Of a DNA stretch of 64,000 nucleotides, positions 1-9,061 are shown in pieces. A program made the translations under genes and the position numbers. Within the stretch, counting starts at the first letter, position 1, and each line of letters opens with the position of its first letter. The notes beneath the pieces are model-generated. The model had not been told where the DNA came from and did no database searches. It was given only the letters and a program-made list of their open reading frames with translations. This DNA is from an uncultured Gemmatimonadaceae bacterium (GTDB lineage Bacteria > Gemmatimonadota > Gemmatimonadetes > Gemmatimonadales > Gemmatimonadaceae): NCBI GenBank assembly GCA_963822945.1, contig CAWGJO010000036.1:1-64000 (forward strand), given 5' to 3'.

Positions 1-330
1 GTGCAAGGAAAGGGGAGAGCGGGCGGAACGGGGTTGCGCGGGGGCGTGGGCTGGGAAGACGTTGCGAAGCTGTACGTTGGCAAAGGTGGAGGGAGCGACC
101 AGAGGCGGAGACCGTCGTGGCGATGGAACGAGACAGACGGAGGTGAGCCGGCGGCAGGGGCCGGAGGGTGGGTGGAATGAAGGGATGGAAGGGGGGCGTC
201 AGGACGTATCGTGGAGCGAGAGAGGAAGGCGGGTGAGCGTACCGGTGCCGCAGCGGGGGCACGTCGCATGGAGAGGCGGATTGCCGCTCGGCGGTAGCAA
301 TTGGTAATGTTGTTTTACATCTGCTTCGAC

Positions 331-1897
331 TCATCGTATTGCTTGACGAACGGAGTACCGCCGCTGCAACCCATGCCGCTCCATGACGCGGTACAGGGTC
401 GTCCGATCCACGCCCGCGACGCGAGCTGCCTTGGACAGATTTCCGCCGCGCGTTTCACGAGCCAGTCGAGATATTGAGTTTCGAACTGCGCGATGACCCG
501 CTCGCGCGCCGCGTGGTAGCTCTCGTCCAGCTCCGTTGCGATCAGCGTGTGGGAGCCGCTGCCGAGAGGAGGTTCCGTGCCATCTGCGCAGCGACAGGTC
601 GTCCGCCGCAATCGCTTTCCCCGGCGGAGCGAGCACGGTGGCGTGCTCGATGACGTTTTGCAACTCGCGCACGTTCCCACGCCAGGAATGCGCGACAAGC
701 GCCTGTATGGCCGAACCAGTCAGCTCGGGCCGTTCCTCGGCGTGGCCGCCCCGCCTCCGCCAGAACTTGGCGAGGAAGAAGTCCGCCAGCAGCGGGATAT
801 CCTCCTTGCGCTCGCGCAGCGGCGGCAGTTCGATCGGGACGACGCGGAGTCGATAGTAGAGATCTTCGCGGAGGCGCCCCTCTTCCAGCGCCACTTCCGG
901 ACTACCGTTTGTGGCCGAGATGAAGCGGATGTTGGTCGCGGCGTCGGGAATCTCACCGCCGGCCCGTCGCGTGGCCCCATCCTGCAGCAACCGCAGAAGC
1001 TTGTTCTGTACGGAGTTGGGCATGGCGAGGAGCTCGTCGAGGAAGAGCGTGCCCCCTTCTGCCGCCTCCAGCATGCCGTTCGCATGTCGGCCGGTGGCTG
1101 GGAATCCGCCGCTGCGCTGGCCGAACAGCTCCGATTCCAGCACGCTGTCGGGCGTCACCGAGCAGTTCACGGTCACGAACGGACCGTTGCGCGATGGCTG
1201 TTGGCATGGATGAACCGGGCGACGAGTTCCTTGCCCGTCCCGCTCTCTCCACAGATCAGAACGGCGGCGTCGGAAGCGGCCACCCGGGCGGCCAACTCGA
1301 TGGCCCGTCGGAAGGCCGGGGCCGTGCCGACGATCTCCAATCCGCTGGCGCGGGACGCACCAGCGCCATCACCCCCGGCATGCCCTTCGGCGGCGTCATT
1401 CGGCGCTCGCGTCCGGCCAGCACGACGGGAGCGGCGCGGCCGATGAGCACTTGGAGATGCGCGGCCGAGAATGGCTTCGGGAGATAGTCCCATGCACCAG
1501 CTCTCAGGGCCTCGATGCTTGCCTCCACGCTGGGATTCGCTGCCATGACCACCACCAGCGTGGCCGGGTGCCAGCCGTGGGCGGCCTCCAGCACTTCCAT
1601 TCCAGGAGCGCCCGGAAAGTCGGCCGCCGTTACGACGATGTCGAACGCCTGCCGCGCCAGCAGTGCCTGCGCCTCGTCGCGGTCTCCGCAAGCCGTCACC
1701 TGATAGCCGTCCCGCCGCAGTACCGTCGCACAACTCTCGCGCAGCCCAGCTTCCGGTTCCGCCACCAGCACCTGAATGGTCGACCGCGCATCGGCATCCG
1801 ACTCCCGACGCTCGAGCGAGAGCGCCTGGGTGGGCGTCGTGTGCCGTGCGTCCGGGGCGCTTGCATGGCGCGCCATGAAGTTGGAGGATCCAGTCAT
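331..1897 (-). CDS. Sigma-54-type enhancer-binding protein (receiver-like + AAA+ + Fis HTH), split by about 4 frameshifts
   Basis: Pieces lie in ORFs 1256..2401 (receiver, [10 protein letters not shown]), 1173..2150 (Walker A GESGTGKE), 331..1176 ([51 protein letters not shown]) and 315..698 ([18 protein letters not shown]). Start is 1897 or 1876. Confidence 0.85.
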
Positions 1898-1948
1898 ACC
1901 GAATCTCAGGGATCGAGTTGACACAAATTCCGATGCACCCGCTGCTAC

Positions 1949-1964
1949 TGCAGGGATCGGGCCA
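1949..1964 (-). promoter_or_regulatory. Putative sigma-54 -24/-12 promoter for the enhancer-binding protein gene
   Basis: Minus strand reads TGGCCCGATCCCTGCA (GG-N10-GC), about 50 nt upstream of ATG 1897. Confidence 0.55.
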
Positions 1965-2105
1965 CAAGACCGGTTTCGCGCCCTGGCGCTGACGCGCGCC
2001 CCCATGCACCATGGTGTGGCGGCCGCGCGGCAGGCCCCTGCACCGATTTGCGGCCCCTGAGGGACCGGACGGGGTAGAGAGACTGATGCGCCATCGCGGC
2101 AGCCA

Positions 2106-2121
2106 CGGTATCGGACTTGCA
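2106..2121 (+). promoter_or_regulatory. Putative sigma-54 -24/-12 promoter for wzc-wza-wecB
   Basis: CGGTATCGGACTTGCA (GG-N10-GC with TTGCA), about 48 nt upstream of ATG 2169, which has a GAGGAG RBS. Confidence 0.6.
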
Positions 2122-2168
2122 TTGGAGCAGCCCGAGAGATTCGTGCGCACCGTGCTCGAGGAGCAGTC

Positions 2169-4562
2169 ATGTTCGACCTGACGTCCACCGGCGCCAAGAG
2201 GCGCCTTCCGGTACCAGCAGAGCCGCCACGCGGCCGTATCGACGCGCCGATCGGGGACTTGGATGAGGGGCCGGATTGGCGTCGGGCGATCGCAGCGCTC
2301 CGGAGGCGGGCTTGGCTCGTTGTGGCATTCACGGCGTTGGCCGGCGCCGCCGGATGGTATGCCTCGAGGCTCATCCAGCCGCTGTACGACGCTCGAACCA
2401 CAATCTGGATCGACGAGGGTAGTCGAGGCGCCGACAGGAGTCCGCTAGCACCAAGCGATCTGTTCGACGCCCAGGGGTGGGTTCAGTTGCTCACCTCCAA
2501 CGCGGTGCTCGACACGGTTGTAGCCCAACAGCACCTGTTCGTCGGGAGCCTGCGAGGTCCGCTCGACCCTCGCTTGTTTGCCGGCGTGTTGGCGACACCG
2601 CGCATCCGACCAGGGCGGTACGTGCTCGCCACCGACTCCACCGCCACACACTTTGTGCTCAGCACGCTCGACGGGCAACTGCTCGAGACCGTGCCGGTTG
2701 GCGACTCCGTGGGTCAGGCCATAGGCCTCGCTTGGCAACCGCCCGCGGTGTTGGCGATCCGTGGGAGCACGTACGCATTCTCACTTAGACTGCCCCATGC
2801 CGTCGCCCAATCGCTGGGTGGTGCCCTACAGGTGGGCATCAATCAGCAAGCCAGCTTCCTGACAGTCGGGATGACCGGCACCAGCCCCACCCAGACGGCT
2901 ACGGTTCTTAACGCAATTGCGGACCGGTACGTGCAACTCGCGACAGCGTTGCAGCATGAGCGCCTCACCCAACTCACGAGTGTTCTGTCTCAACAAGTTG
3001 GCGCGGCCTCCCAGTCCTTGGCTGTAGCGGAGCAAGCTCTCGAGGCGTTCCGCGAGAGGACCATCACACTCCCCAGCGATCGTCCGGCCGGGGGCGGGAT
3101 GCCAGCGGCATCCGACATGGGTGGAAACGACCCGACGCGGTCCCGTTTCAACGCAGCCCAGAATCAGCTCGCCACAACTCGCTCCGACCTCGCTACTGTC
3201 GAGCGCCTGATCAATTTTGCCACCGACAGTTCCGGCGCGCTTACCGGATTCGAGGAGCAGCCGGTGATCAGCAGGTCGCCCAGCTTGATGGGTGCGTTCA
3301 AGGAGTTGGACAGTAAGGCTGCGCAACTCCGTGCACTCCGCAACCGCTACACGGACGCCTACCCACCGGTCATCCAACTGGAGCAGGAGATTTCTCAACT
3401 CCGACGCGGGACGATCCCTCAGCTGGCGCTTGGCTTGCTCAGTGAACTCTCGCGGAATGTGCGCACGCTCAGCAACGAAGTCGCCGGTACAGCCGATAGC
3501 CTGCGCGCGGTTCCGCGACGGGCCACGGAGGAGGCGCGGCTGCTGCGAAACGTTTCGATGACCACGAGTCTATACAATACGTTGCAGCAGAAGTACGACG
3601 AAGCACTTATCTCGCTAAACACGGCCGTGTCCGACGTCCGGATCCTCGACCGAGCGGTGCCCCCACCCTATCCGACCAAGAACACACGCTCGCGTGTGCT
3701 CCTGCTTGCTCTGGCCGCCGGCTTCGGGTTCGCATCAGTGGGAGTCATTCTCCTCGATCGTCTCGATCCAAAATTCCGGTATCCAGAGCAGGTTTCCCGC
3801 GAGCTGGGCGTGACGATCCTCGGCTCCCTGCCCCACACGCGCGTGACCGCTGACGGGCCACTGACCGATCCGGCCTTCCGGGATTCGATCCGCGGTGTTC
3901 GCATGAACCTGGGATACGCGTACGGGGCCGCGGGGCCCATCACGTTCACGATCACGAGCCCCGGTGGGTCGGACGGCAAGTCATTCATCGCTCTGCACCT
4001 GGCCCGCGTATTCGCCGAGATGGGGCAACGCACCCTCGTCATCGATGGCGACGTGCGCCGCGGCGTTCTCCATCGCCGGCTCCACATCGATCGGCGACCC
4101 GGCCTCATCGACCATCTAAACGGCGACGTCCCGCTCGACGACATCATCCACGCCACGCAATTCCCGAACTGCTTCGTGGTCCCGTCGGGAACGCGGGTAG
4201 ATGAGGCCCCGGAACTGTTGGGATCGCCTGCCCTGCAGCGGATGATCGCCGAGCTGCGGACGCGCTTCGACGTCATCATCTGCGACAGCGCGCCCCTCAG
4301 TGCCGGGATCGACCCGTTCCTCCTCGGCGCCGTGACCGGCAATCTGATGCTGGTGATCCGGCCGGGCGTGAGCCTCCGCCAGGTGTTGCAGACCAAACTT
4401 GAGGTTCTCGATCGCATGCCGATCCGGTTGCTTGGCGCGGTACTCAACGCCGTACCGGACACGGCACCGTACGTGTACTACTCTCACTACCTGCCAGGCT
4501 ACGAGACGGCGACCGAACGGCTCGGACCGGGTATCGGCAAGATCCCCACGGGAGCAGACTGA
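2169..4562 (+). CDS. wzc: Polysaccharide co-polymerase / BY-kinase (Wzc/GumC family)
   Basis: Two TM segments flank a coiled-coil periplasmic region. Walker [29 protein letters not shown] and a C-terminal Tyr cluster [12 protein letters not shown] are present. Confidence 0.9.
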   Translation: MFDLTSTGAKRRLPVPAEPPRGRIDAPIGDLDEGPDWRRAIAALRRRAWLVVAFTALAGAAGWYASRLIQPLYDARTTIWIDEGSRGADRSPLAPSDLFDAQGWVQLLTSNAVLDTVVAQQHLFVGSLRGPLDPRLFAGVLATPRIRPGRYVLATDSTATHFVLSTLDGQLLETVPVGDSVGQAIGLAWQPPAVLAIRGSTYAFSLRLPHAVAQSLGGALQVGINQQASFLTVGMTGTSPTQTATVLNAIADRYVQLATALQHERLTQLTSVLSQQVGAASQSLAVAEQALEAFRERTITLPSDRPAGGGMPAASDMGGNDPTRSRFNAAQNQLATTRSDLATVERLINFATDSSGALTGFEEQPVISRSPSLMGAFKELDSKAAQLRALRNRYTDAYPPVIQLEQEISQLRRGTIPQLALGLLSELSRNVRTLSNEVAGTADSLRAVPRRATEEARLLRNVSMTTSLYNTLQQKYDEALISLNTAVSDVRILDRAVPPPYPTKNTRSRVLLLALAAGFGFASVGVILLDRLDPKFRYPEQVSRELGVTILGSLPHTRVTADGPLTDPAFRDSIRGVRMNLGYAYGAAGPITFTITSPGGSDGKSFIALHLARVFAEMGQRTLVIDGDVRRGVLHRRLHIDRRPGLIDHLNGDVPLDDIIHATQFPNCFVVPSGTRVDEAPELLGSPALQRMIAELRTRFDVIICDSAPLSAGIDPFLLGAVTGNLMLVIRPGVSLRQVLQTKLEVLDRMPIRLLGAVLNAVPDTAPYVYYSHYLPGYETATERLGPGIGKIPTGAD

Positions 4563-4565
4563 CCC

Positions 4566-5211
4566 ATGCGTCGTATCGTACTCTTGCTGACCGGCCTGCT
4601 GCTGCTCTCGGCACCCGGACTCGCCGCCCAGAGCGCCACGACAGCCCAGAGCGCGGTGGATCCAGGCGACTTCCGCGCCGGAGACCACATCCTGCTCACC
4701 GTCGACGGACAGGACAAACTGAGTGGGACCTTCACGGTCCTGCCCGGACCGACGCTTGATCTCCCCGAGATCGGCACCGTGTCACTCGCCGGCGTCCGGC
4801 GGGCCGATCTGGAAACGTATCTCACCGCGGCGATCGGCCGGTACGTCCGCAATCCGCACGTCAGGGCCCAGTCCACCATTCGAATCGGTGTCATCGGCCA
4901 GGTCGTCCGCCCGGGATTCTACGACCTCCCGGCCACATCGTCATTGACCGACGTGCTGATGGCCGCCGGCGGCCCAACGCAGGCGGCGGACATGGCGAAG
5001 CTGAAGATGACGCGTGTCGATCGGACGACGGTGAAGCCGGATTCGCTGCAAACCGCGCTCGCCCAGAATCTGACGCTCGCCCAGCTCGGGACGCGTTCCG
5101 GCGATCAGCTCTTCATGCCGCAGGTCGACAACGGGCAGGAAGTGGGGCCGCATCATCAGCATCATCGTCGCCGTACCCGCGCTCGTATTCGCCATTCGCG
5201 CGTTCCGATGA
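4566..5211 (+). CDS. Polysaccharide export protein (Wza-like, Poly_export + SLBB), one frameshift near 5135
   Basis: Signal peptide, GDHILLTV, LPEIGTVSLAG, GQVVRPGFY and AAGG motifs. The shifted frame gives a hydrophobic tail GRKWGRIISIIVAVPALVFAIRAFR* ending at TGA 5209-5211, which overlaps the next ATG. Confidence 0.8.
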
Positions 5212-6308
5212 AATTCGCCTCCATCGTCGGCGCCCGCCCCAACTTCATGAAGCTGGCGCCGATCGCCCGCGCCTTCGCGCCACGGGCCGACGTCGAACAC
5301 TTCATCGTGCACACGGGACAGCACTACGACGCGGCGATGTCGGACGATTTCTTCCGCGACCTCGAGATCCCGGAACCCCGCTACCACCTCGCCGTCGGAT
5401 CGGGAACGCACGCCGCCCAGACCGCCGCCGTCATGGAGCGCATCGAGCCCGTGCTCCAGAACGAACGTCCCGACGTGGTGATCGTCTACGGCGACGTGAA
5501 TTCGACGGCCGCCGCAGCGCTCACGGCCGCCAAGCTGAACCTCCGCATCGCCCACGTCGAAGCGGGTCTGCGGAGCCGCGACCGAACAATGCCCGAAGAA
5601 ATCAACCGAATGGTTACCGACGCCATCGCGGATCTGCTCCTGGCACCGTCCCCGGACGCGGTGGAGAATCTGCGCGCCGAAGGGCATACCGACGAACAGA
5701 TCCACTTCGTCGGCAATATCATGATCGACACGCTCGTTCACGCGCTGGCGAAGCCACAGAACGGGAACGCGCCGGTACCCGACCCCGCGCCGAGCGAACC
5801 CTACCTGGTCGCGACGCTCCACCGCCCGGCGAACGTCGACGATCCGGCCACGATCGCCGAACTGATGTCGGCGCTCGTCGAGCTGGGCACCGAGATGCCT
5901 GTGGTCTTCCCGGTGCATCCACGTACGAGGGAGCGACTGCAGGCCCTCGCCGCACGACACCCGCTTGCCAATGCCGGTCGCCTGCAGCTCGTGGAGCCGC
6001 TGAGCTACCCGGCCATGGCAAGGCTGGTCGCCGGCGCCCAGGCGGTGATCACCGACTCGGGTGGCCTCCAGGAAGAGACCACGTACCTCGGCGTCCCCTG
6101 CCTCACAGTCCGGACCACCACGGAACGGCCGATCACCTGTACGGAAGGCACCAACCGCCTGGTGGCGGCGGACCGCCAGACCGTCGTCAACGCCACGCAC
6201 GAGGCCCTCAGGGCCCGGCGCCCCGCCCCACCGGTTATCGAACGCTGGGACGGCCGCGCCGGCGAGCGCATTGTGTCGCTACTGTGCAACGGTGAAATGG
6301 CCATGTAG
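5208..6308 (+). CDS. wecB: UDP-N-acetylglucosamine 2-epimerase (non-hydrolysing)
   Basis: IVGARPNFMK, HTGQHYD, VYGDVNS, HVEAGLRS, MPEEINR, TLHRPANVD and TDSGGLQEE motifs. Confidence 0.95.
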   Translation: MKFASIVGARPNFMKLAPIARAFAPRADVEHFIVHTGQHYDAAMSDDFFRDLEIPEPRYHLAVGSGTHAAQTAAVMERIEPVLQNERPDVVIVYGDVNSTAAAALTAAKLNLRIAHVEAGLRSRDRTMPEEINRMVTDAIADLLLAPSPDAVENLRAEGHTDEQIHFVGNIMIDTLVHALAKPQNGNAPVPDPAPSEPYLVATLHRPANVDDPATIAELMSALVELGTEMPVVFPVHPRTRERLQALAARHPLANAGRLQLVEPLSYPAMARLVAGAQAVITDSGGLQEETTYLGVPCLTVRTTTERPITCTEGTNRLVAADRQTVVNATHEALRARRPAPPVIERWDGRAGERIVSLLCNGEMAM

Positions 6309-6349
6309 GGCGTAACCCCAACAGATTTCAGGAATTGCCTGTACCCGTG

Positions 6350-6390
6350 ACCCCGTCGGTGCTCGATATTGTAGCACCGGCGGGGTTCTT
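6350..6390 (+). terminator. Hairpin after wecB, possible intrinsic terminator
   Basis: ACCCCGTCGGTGCT / AGCACCGGCGGGGT stem followed by TCTT. Confidence 0.45.
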
Positions 6391-6500
6391 GATACACAAA
6401 AACTGTGTGTCTGCCCCTTGCCAGAGGCCATCACAACCCGTATCGTTGGCCACGACGTTGAAGGAACCCCACAATGGAGGGGCGGAGGACGGCAAAAGTG

Positions 6501-6516
6501 TGGCACCGGTATCGCA
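6501..6516 (+). promoter_or_regulatory. Sigma-54 -24/-12 promoter
   Basis: TGGCACCGGTATCGCA is a close match to the consensus TGGCAC-N5-TTGCA. Confidence 0.7.
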
Positions 6517-6574
6517 TGTTGCACGGTCGCCACATCATGAGCCGAACTACCGCCCATTGCGACGGAGCAGCTCC

Positions 6575-6790
6575 ATGACGAACTCAGCCTTTACCTACGC
6601 ATCCGCGCCTGCGCCATCATGGCGACAGGCCTCCATCCCTCCGCAGTCCGACGGGATGGCGCATCAGCAGAGACGTCGCGCCCGCTGGCGCGACTACCGG
6701 GGACGAGGCGCTTTCGCGCCGGCTTGCCCGGCTGCGATGCGAGAGCAGGAGCACACCGCCGAAGCGACCACCACCCTCCGGCTCGCGTGA
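6575..6790 (+). CDS. Possible 71-aa small protein of unknown function
   Basis: ATG is preceded by GGAG and lies about 60 nt downstream of the best sigma-54 motif. No domain is recognisable. Confidence 0.35.
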   Translation: MTNSAFTYASAPAPSWRQASIPPQSDGMAHQQRRRARWRDYRGRGAFAPACPAAMREQEHTAEATTTLRLA

Positions 6791-6904
6791 GGCTCCTGTG
6801 CAAACCGAAATCCGCACTCAGGAGCAGTGTCTCCGCTCGTCAGTGCAGCCCGGGGTGTGCGCCACCCGACGGTCTGCCTGGCTACAGGCGTCCACCGACG
6901 GCAG

Positions 6905-6920
6905 CGGCCGCAGGATCGCA
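6905..6920 (+). promoter_or_regulatory. Weak sigma-54-like promoter upstream of the rsbT-like gene
   Basis: CGGCCGCAGGATCGCA (GG-N10-GC) has the same ATCGCA tail as 6501-6516 and lies about 52 nt before the ATG. Confidence 0.35.
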
Positions 6921-6972
6921 CCCGAATACCGGGACGGGCATGCCGGCCACCCCGGTCAGGAGGGCGCCTGCC

Positions 6973-7383
6973 ATGCGTGATTGCCTTACTGTGCCCATCG
7001 CGTGCGACGCCGACGTCATGGGCGCCCGGCAGCGTGGCCGAGAACTGGCCGGCCACCTCGCCTTCCCGGCAGGCGATCAGACCGTGATCGCCGCCGCCAT
7101 CGCCGAGATCGGGCGCAACATCATCCGGTACGCCGACCGCGGCGAGATGGAATTCCAGGTGGTCGAGAACGGTGGTCAGAGCGCTCTCACGGTGATCGCC
7201 CGCGACGAAGGACCGGGCATCGCCGACGTGGAGCTGGCCATGCAGGACGGCTATTCCACAACCGGCGCCCTGGGGCTCGGACTGCCCGGCGCGAGCCGCC
7301 TCATGGACGAATTCAAGATCGACTCCGTCCCGGGAACGGGCACCACCGTCACAATGAAGAAGTGGCGCGGAGTGCTCGGCTAG
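6973..7383 (+). CDS. rsbT: Anti-sigma regulatory factor, RsbT-type Ser/Thr kinase (GHKL)
   Basis: ARQRGRELA, EIGRNIIRYA, DEGPGIADVELAMQDGYST, GLGLPGASRLMDEF and GTTVTMKKW motifs. RBS AGGAGG. Confidence 0.9.
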   Translation: MRDCLTVPIACDADVMGARQRGRELAGHLAFPAGDQTVIAAAIAEIGRNIIRYADRGEMEFQVVENGGQSALTVIARDEGPGIADVELAMQDGYSTTGALGLGLPGASRLMDEFKIDSVPGTGTTVTMKKWRGVLG

Positions 7384-7558
7384 CTGTCCGGCCGCCGAGA
7401 CGACAGTACGCACCCGGGGTGCCCGATCGTACGCGATCGGGGCGCCCCGGCGCTGGTGTGGTCCGCACCTGCGGTACGGCGAGGAGCCGCGCGCGTGTGG
7501 CGGGACCGCGCCACCCGGTCCGAGAACCTACCGAGACGAAACCAGAAGCCGAGGGAAC

Positions 7559-7574
7559 GGGCATGATTGATGCG
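7559..7574 (+). promoter_or_regulatory. Putative sigma-54-like promoter
   Basis: GGGCATGATTGATGCG (GG-N10-GC), about 48 nt upstream of ATG 7622. Confidence 0.4.
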
Positions 7575-7621
7575 TCGAGAGTTCGTGCGTGGCGTCCCGC
7601 CGAAGCCGGGGGGATCACGCG

Positions 7622-9061
7622 ATGACGGACCGCCCGGATGGGAGCGCCGCCGCTCCTGCCCCGACCGACAGGAGCGCGCCCCGCGTCTCGCTGCGGATTC
7701 TCGCCGTGGCCTCGGATGAAGACCAGGAGGCCTTCGAGTCGCTGCAGACCTGGGCACTGGAGTTCGGTGACGCGGTAGAGACCGCCCCCGATCTCCCGCG
7801 CGCCACACGTCGACTGTCCGCCGAACGCTGGGATGTGGTGGCGGTAGTGATCAATGATCGGATGCCCGACGAACTCCAGTGGTGGGCGGAAGCCGTGCGC
7901 GGTGTAGAAGGCGCGCCACGGCTCGTGGCCTTCTCGCGGAGTCCCTCGATGCGGCTCATCCTCCAGGCCGAACGGCTCGGCGTCGTCGACGTCCTGCCGC
8001 TGCCCGTGCGGCGCGATGACGTTGACCTGCTGCTCCCGCGGCTGCGCGCGTCGGTCGCCGATCGGGGCGTCACGCTGCCCACGGTGGACGTGCATGCGGT
8101 GGGCGACACCGTCCTCGTCGGGCAGAGCCCCGCGATGCTCGACGTCTATCGCATGATCGCGCGCGTGGCGCCGAGCACTGCCACCGTGCTCGTCCTCGGT
8201 GAATCGGGCACGGGGAAGGAGGTCGTCGCGCGGGCCATTCACGCGGCGGGCGCGCGCGCCTCCGGCCCGTTCGTCACGGTGAACTGCGCCGCGATCCCGG
8301 AGAACCTGCTGGAGAGTGAACTGTTCGGCCACGAGAAGGGCTCGTTCACCGGTGCCGTGGCGCGGCGCGCCGGCCGGTTCGAGATGGCCGTGGGCGGCAC
8401 CCTGTTCCTCGACGAGATCGCCGACATGAGCCTCGCCCTGCAGGCGAAGATCCTGCGCGCGGTGCAGGAGCGCGAGATCGAGCGCGTGGGCGGCGGCGAA
8501 TCGATCCCCGTGGACGTGCGGCTCATCGCCGCCACCAACCGCGACCTGCGAGAGGCGATCGCGGAGGGCAAGTTCCGTGAGGACCTGTACTACCGGCTGT
8601 CGGTGGTCGTCGTGAACCTGCCGCGGCTCATCGAACGTGGAAACGACCTCGAGCTGCTCACGTCGTACTACATCCAGGAATTCGCGACGCGATACGGCAA
8701 GGGATCGCTGGCAATCTCGGAGACGGCGCTGGAGTTGCTGCGACGCCACACCTGGGTGGGCAACGTGCGGGAGCTCCGCAACGTAATCGAGCGCGCCGTG
8801 GTCATCGCGTCCGACGGTGTGCTGCGGGCGGAGCATCTTCCCGACGAACTGCGCAACAGCCCCCGCCCGCTCGAGGCCGTGGGCGCGGGCAATGGCGAGG
8901 GCGGAGGCGAGGGCGCCGCGCTGGGCACGATCGCCGAAGTGGAGGCGCGGCACATTTCTCGCGTATTGGCGGACACGGGTGGCGTCATCGGAACGACGGC
9001 CTCGATCCTGGGTATCCACCGAAACACACTCGCTCGCAAGATGCGGGAGTACGGCTTGTGA
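7622..9061 (+). CDS. Sigma-54-dependent transcriptional activator (degenerate receiver + AAA+ + Fis HTH)
   Basis: [49 protein letters not shown] and [13 protein letters not shown] motifs. Confidence 0.95.
   Translation: MTDRPDGSAAAPAPTDRSAPRVSLRILAVASDEDQEAFESLQTWALEFGDAVETAPDLPRATRRLSAERWDVVAVVINDRMPDELQWWAEAVRGVEGAPRLVAFSRSPSMRLILQAERLGVVDVLPLPVRRDDVDLLLPRLRASVADRGVTLPTVDVHAVGDTVLVGQSPAMLDVYRMIARVAPSTATVLVLGESGTGKEVVARAIHAAGARASGPFVTVNCAAIPENLLESELFGHEKGSFTGAVARRAGRFEMAVGGTLFLDEIADMSLALQAKILRAVQEREIERVGGGESIPVDVRLIAATNRDLREAIAEGKFREDLYYRLSVVVVNLPRLIERGNDLELLTSYYIQEFATRYGKGSLAISETALELLRRHTWVGNVRELRNVIERAVVIASDGVLRAEHLPDELRNSPRPLEAVGAGNGEGGGEGAALGTIAEVEARHISRVLADTGGVIGTTASILGIHRNTLARKMREYGL

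Noticed and set aside
1..310. Purine-rich stretch and the 81-aa ORF 62..307
   Set aside because: No recognisable coding or RNA signal. It may be intergenic or low-quality sequence at the edge.
4566..6308. Apparent Wza-WecB fusion protein (580 aa)
   Set aside because: One extra base near 5135 joins the frames. The other frame gives a proper Wza hydrophobic tail and a TGA overlapping the wecB ATG.
6310..6500. Possible riboswitch between wecB and the sigma-54 promoter
   Set aside because: Hairpins are present, but I could not match any known aptamer consensus. An Rfam search would be needed.
6799..6814. Minus-strand GG-N10-GC motif CGGATTTCGGTTTGCA
   Set aside because: The -24 element is poor, it lies inside a hairpin, and no credible downstream gene exists. 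Such motifs arise by chance in GC-rich DNA.
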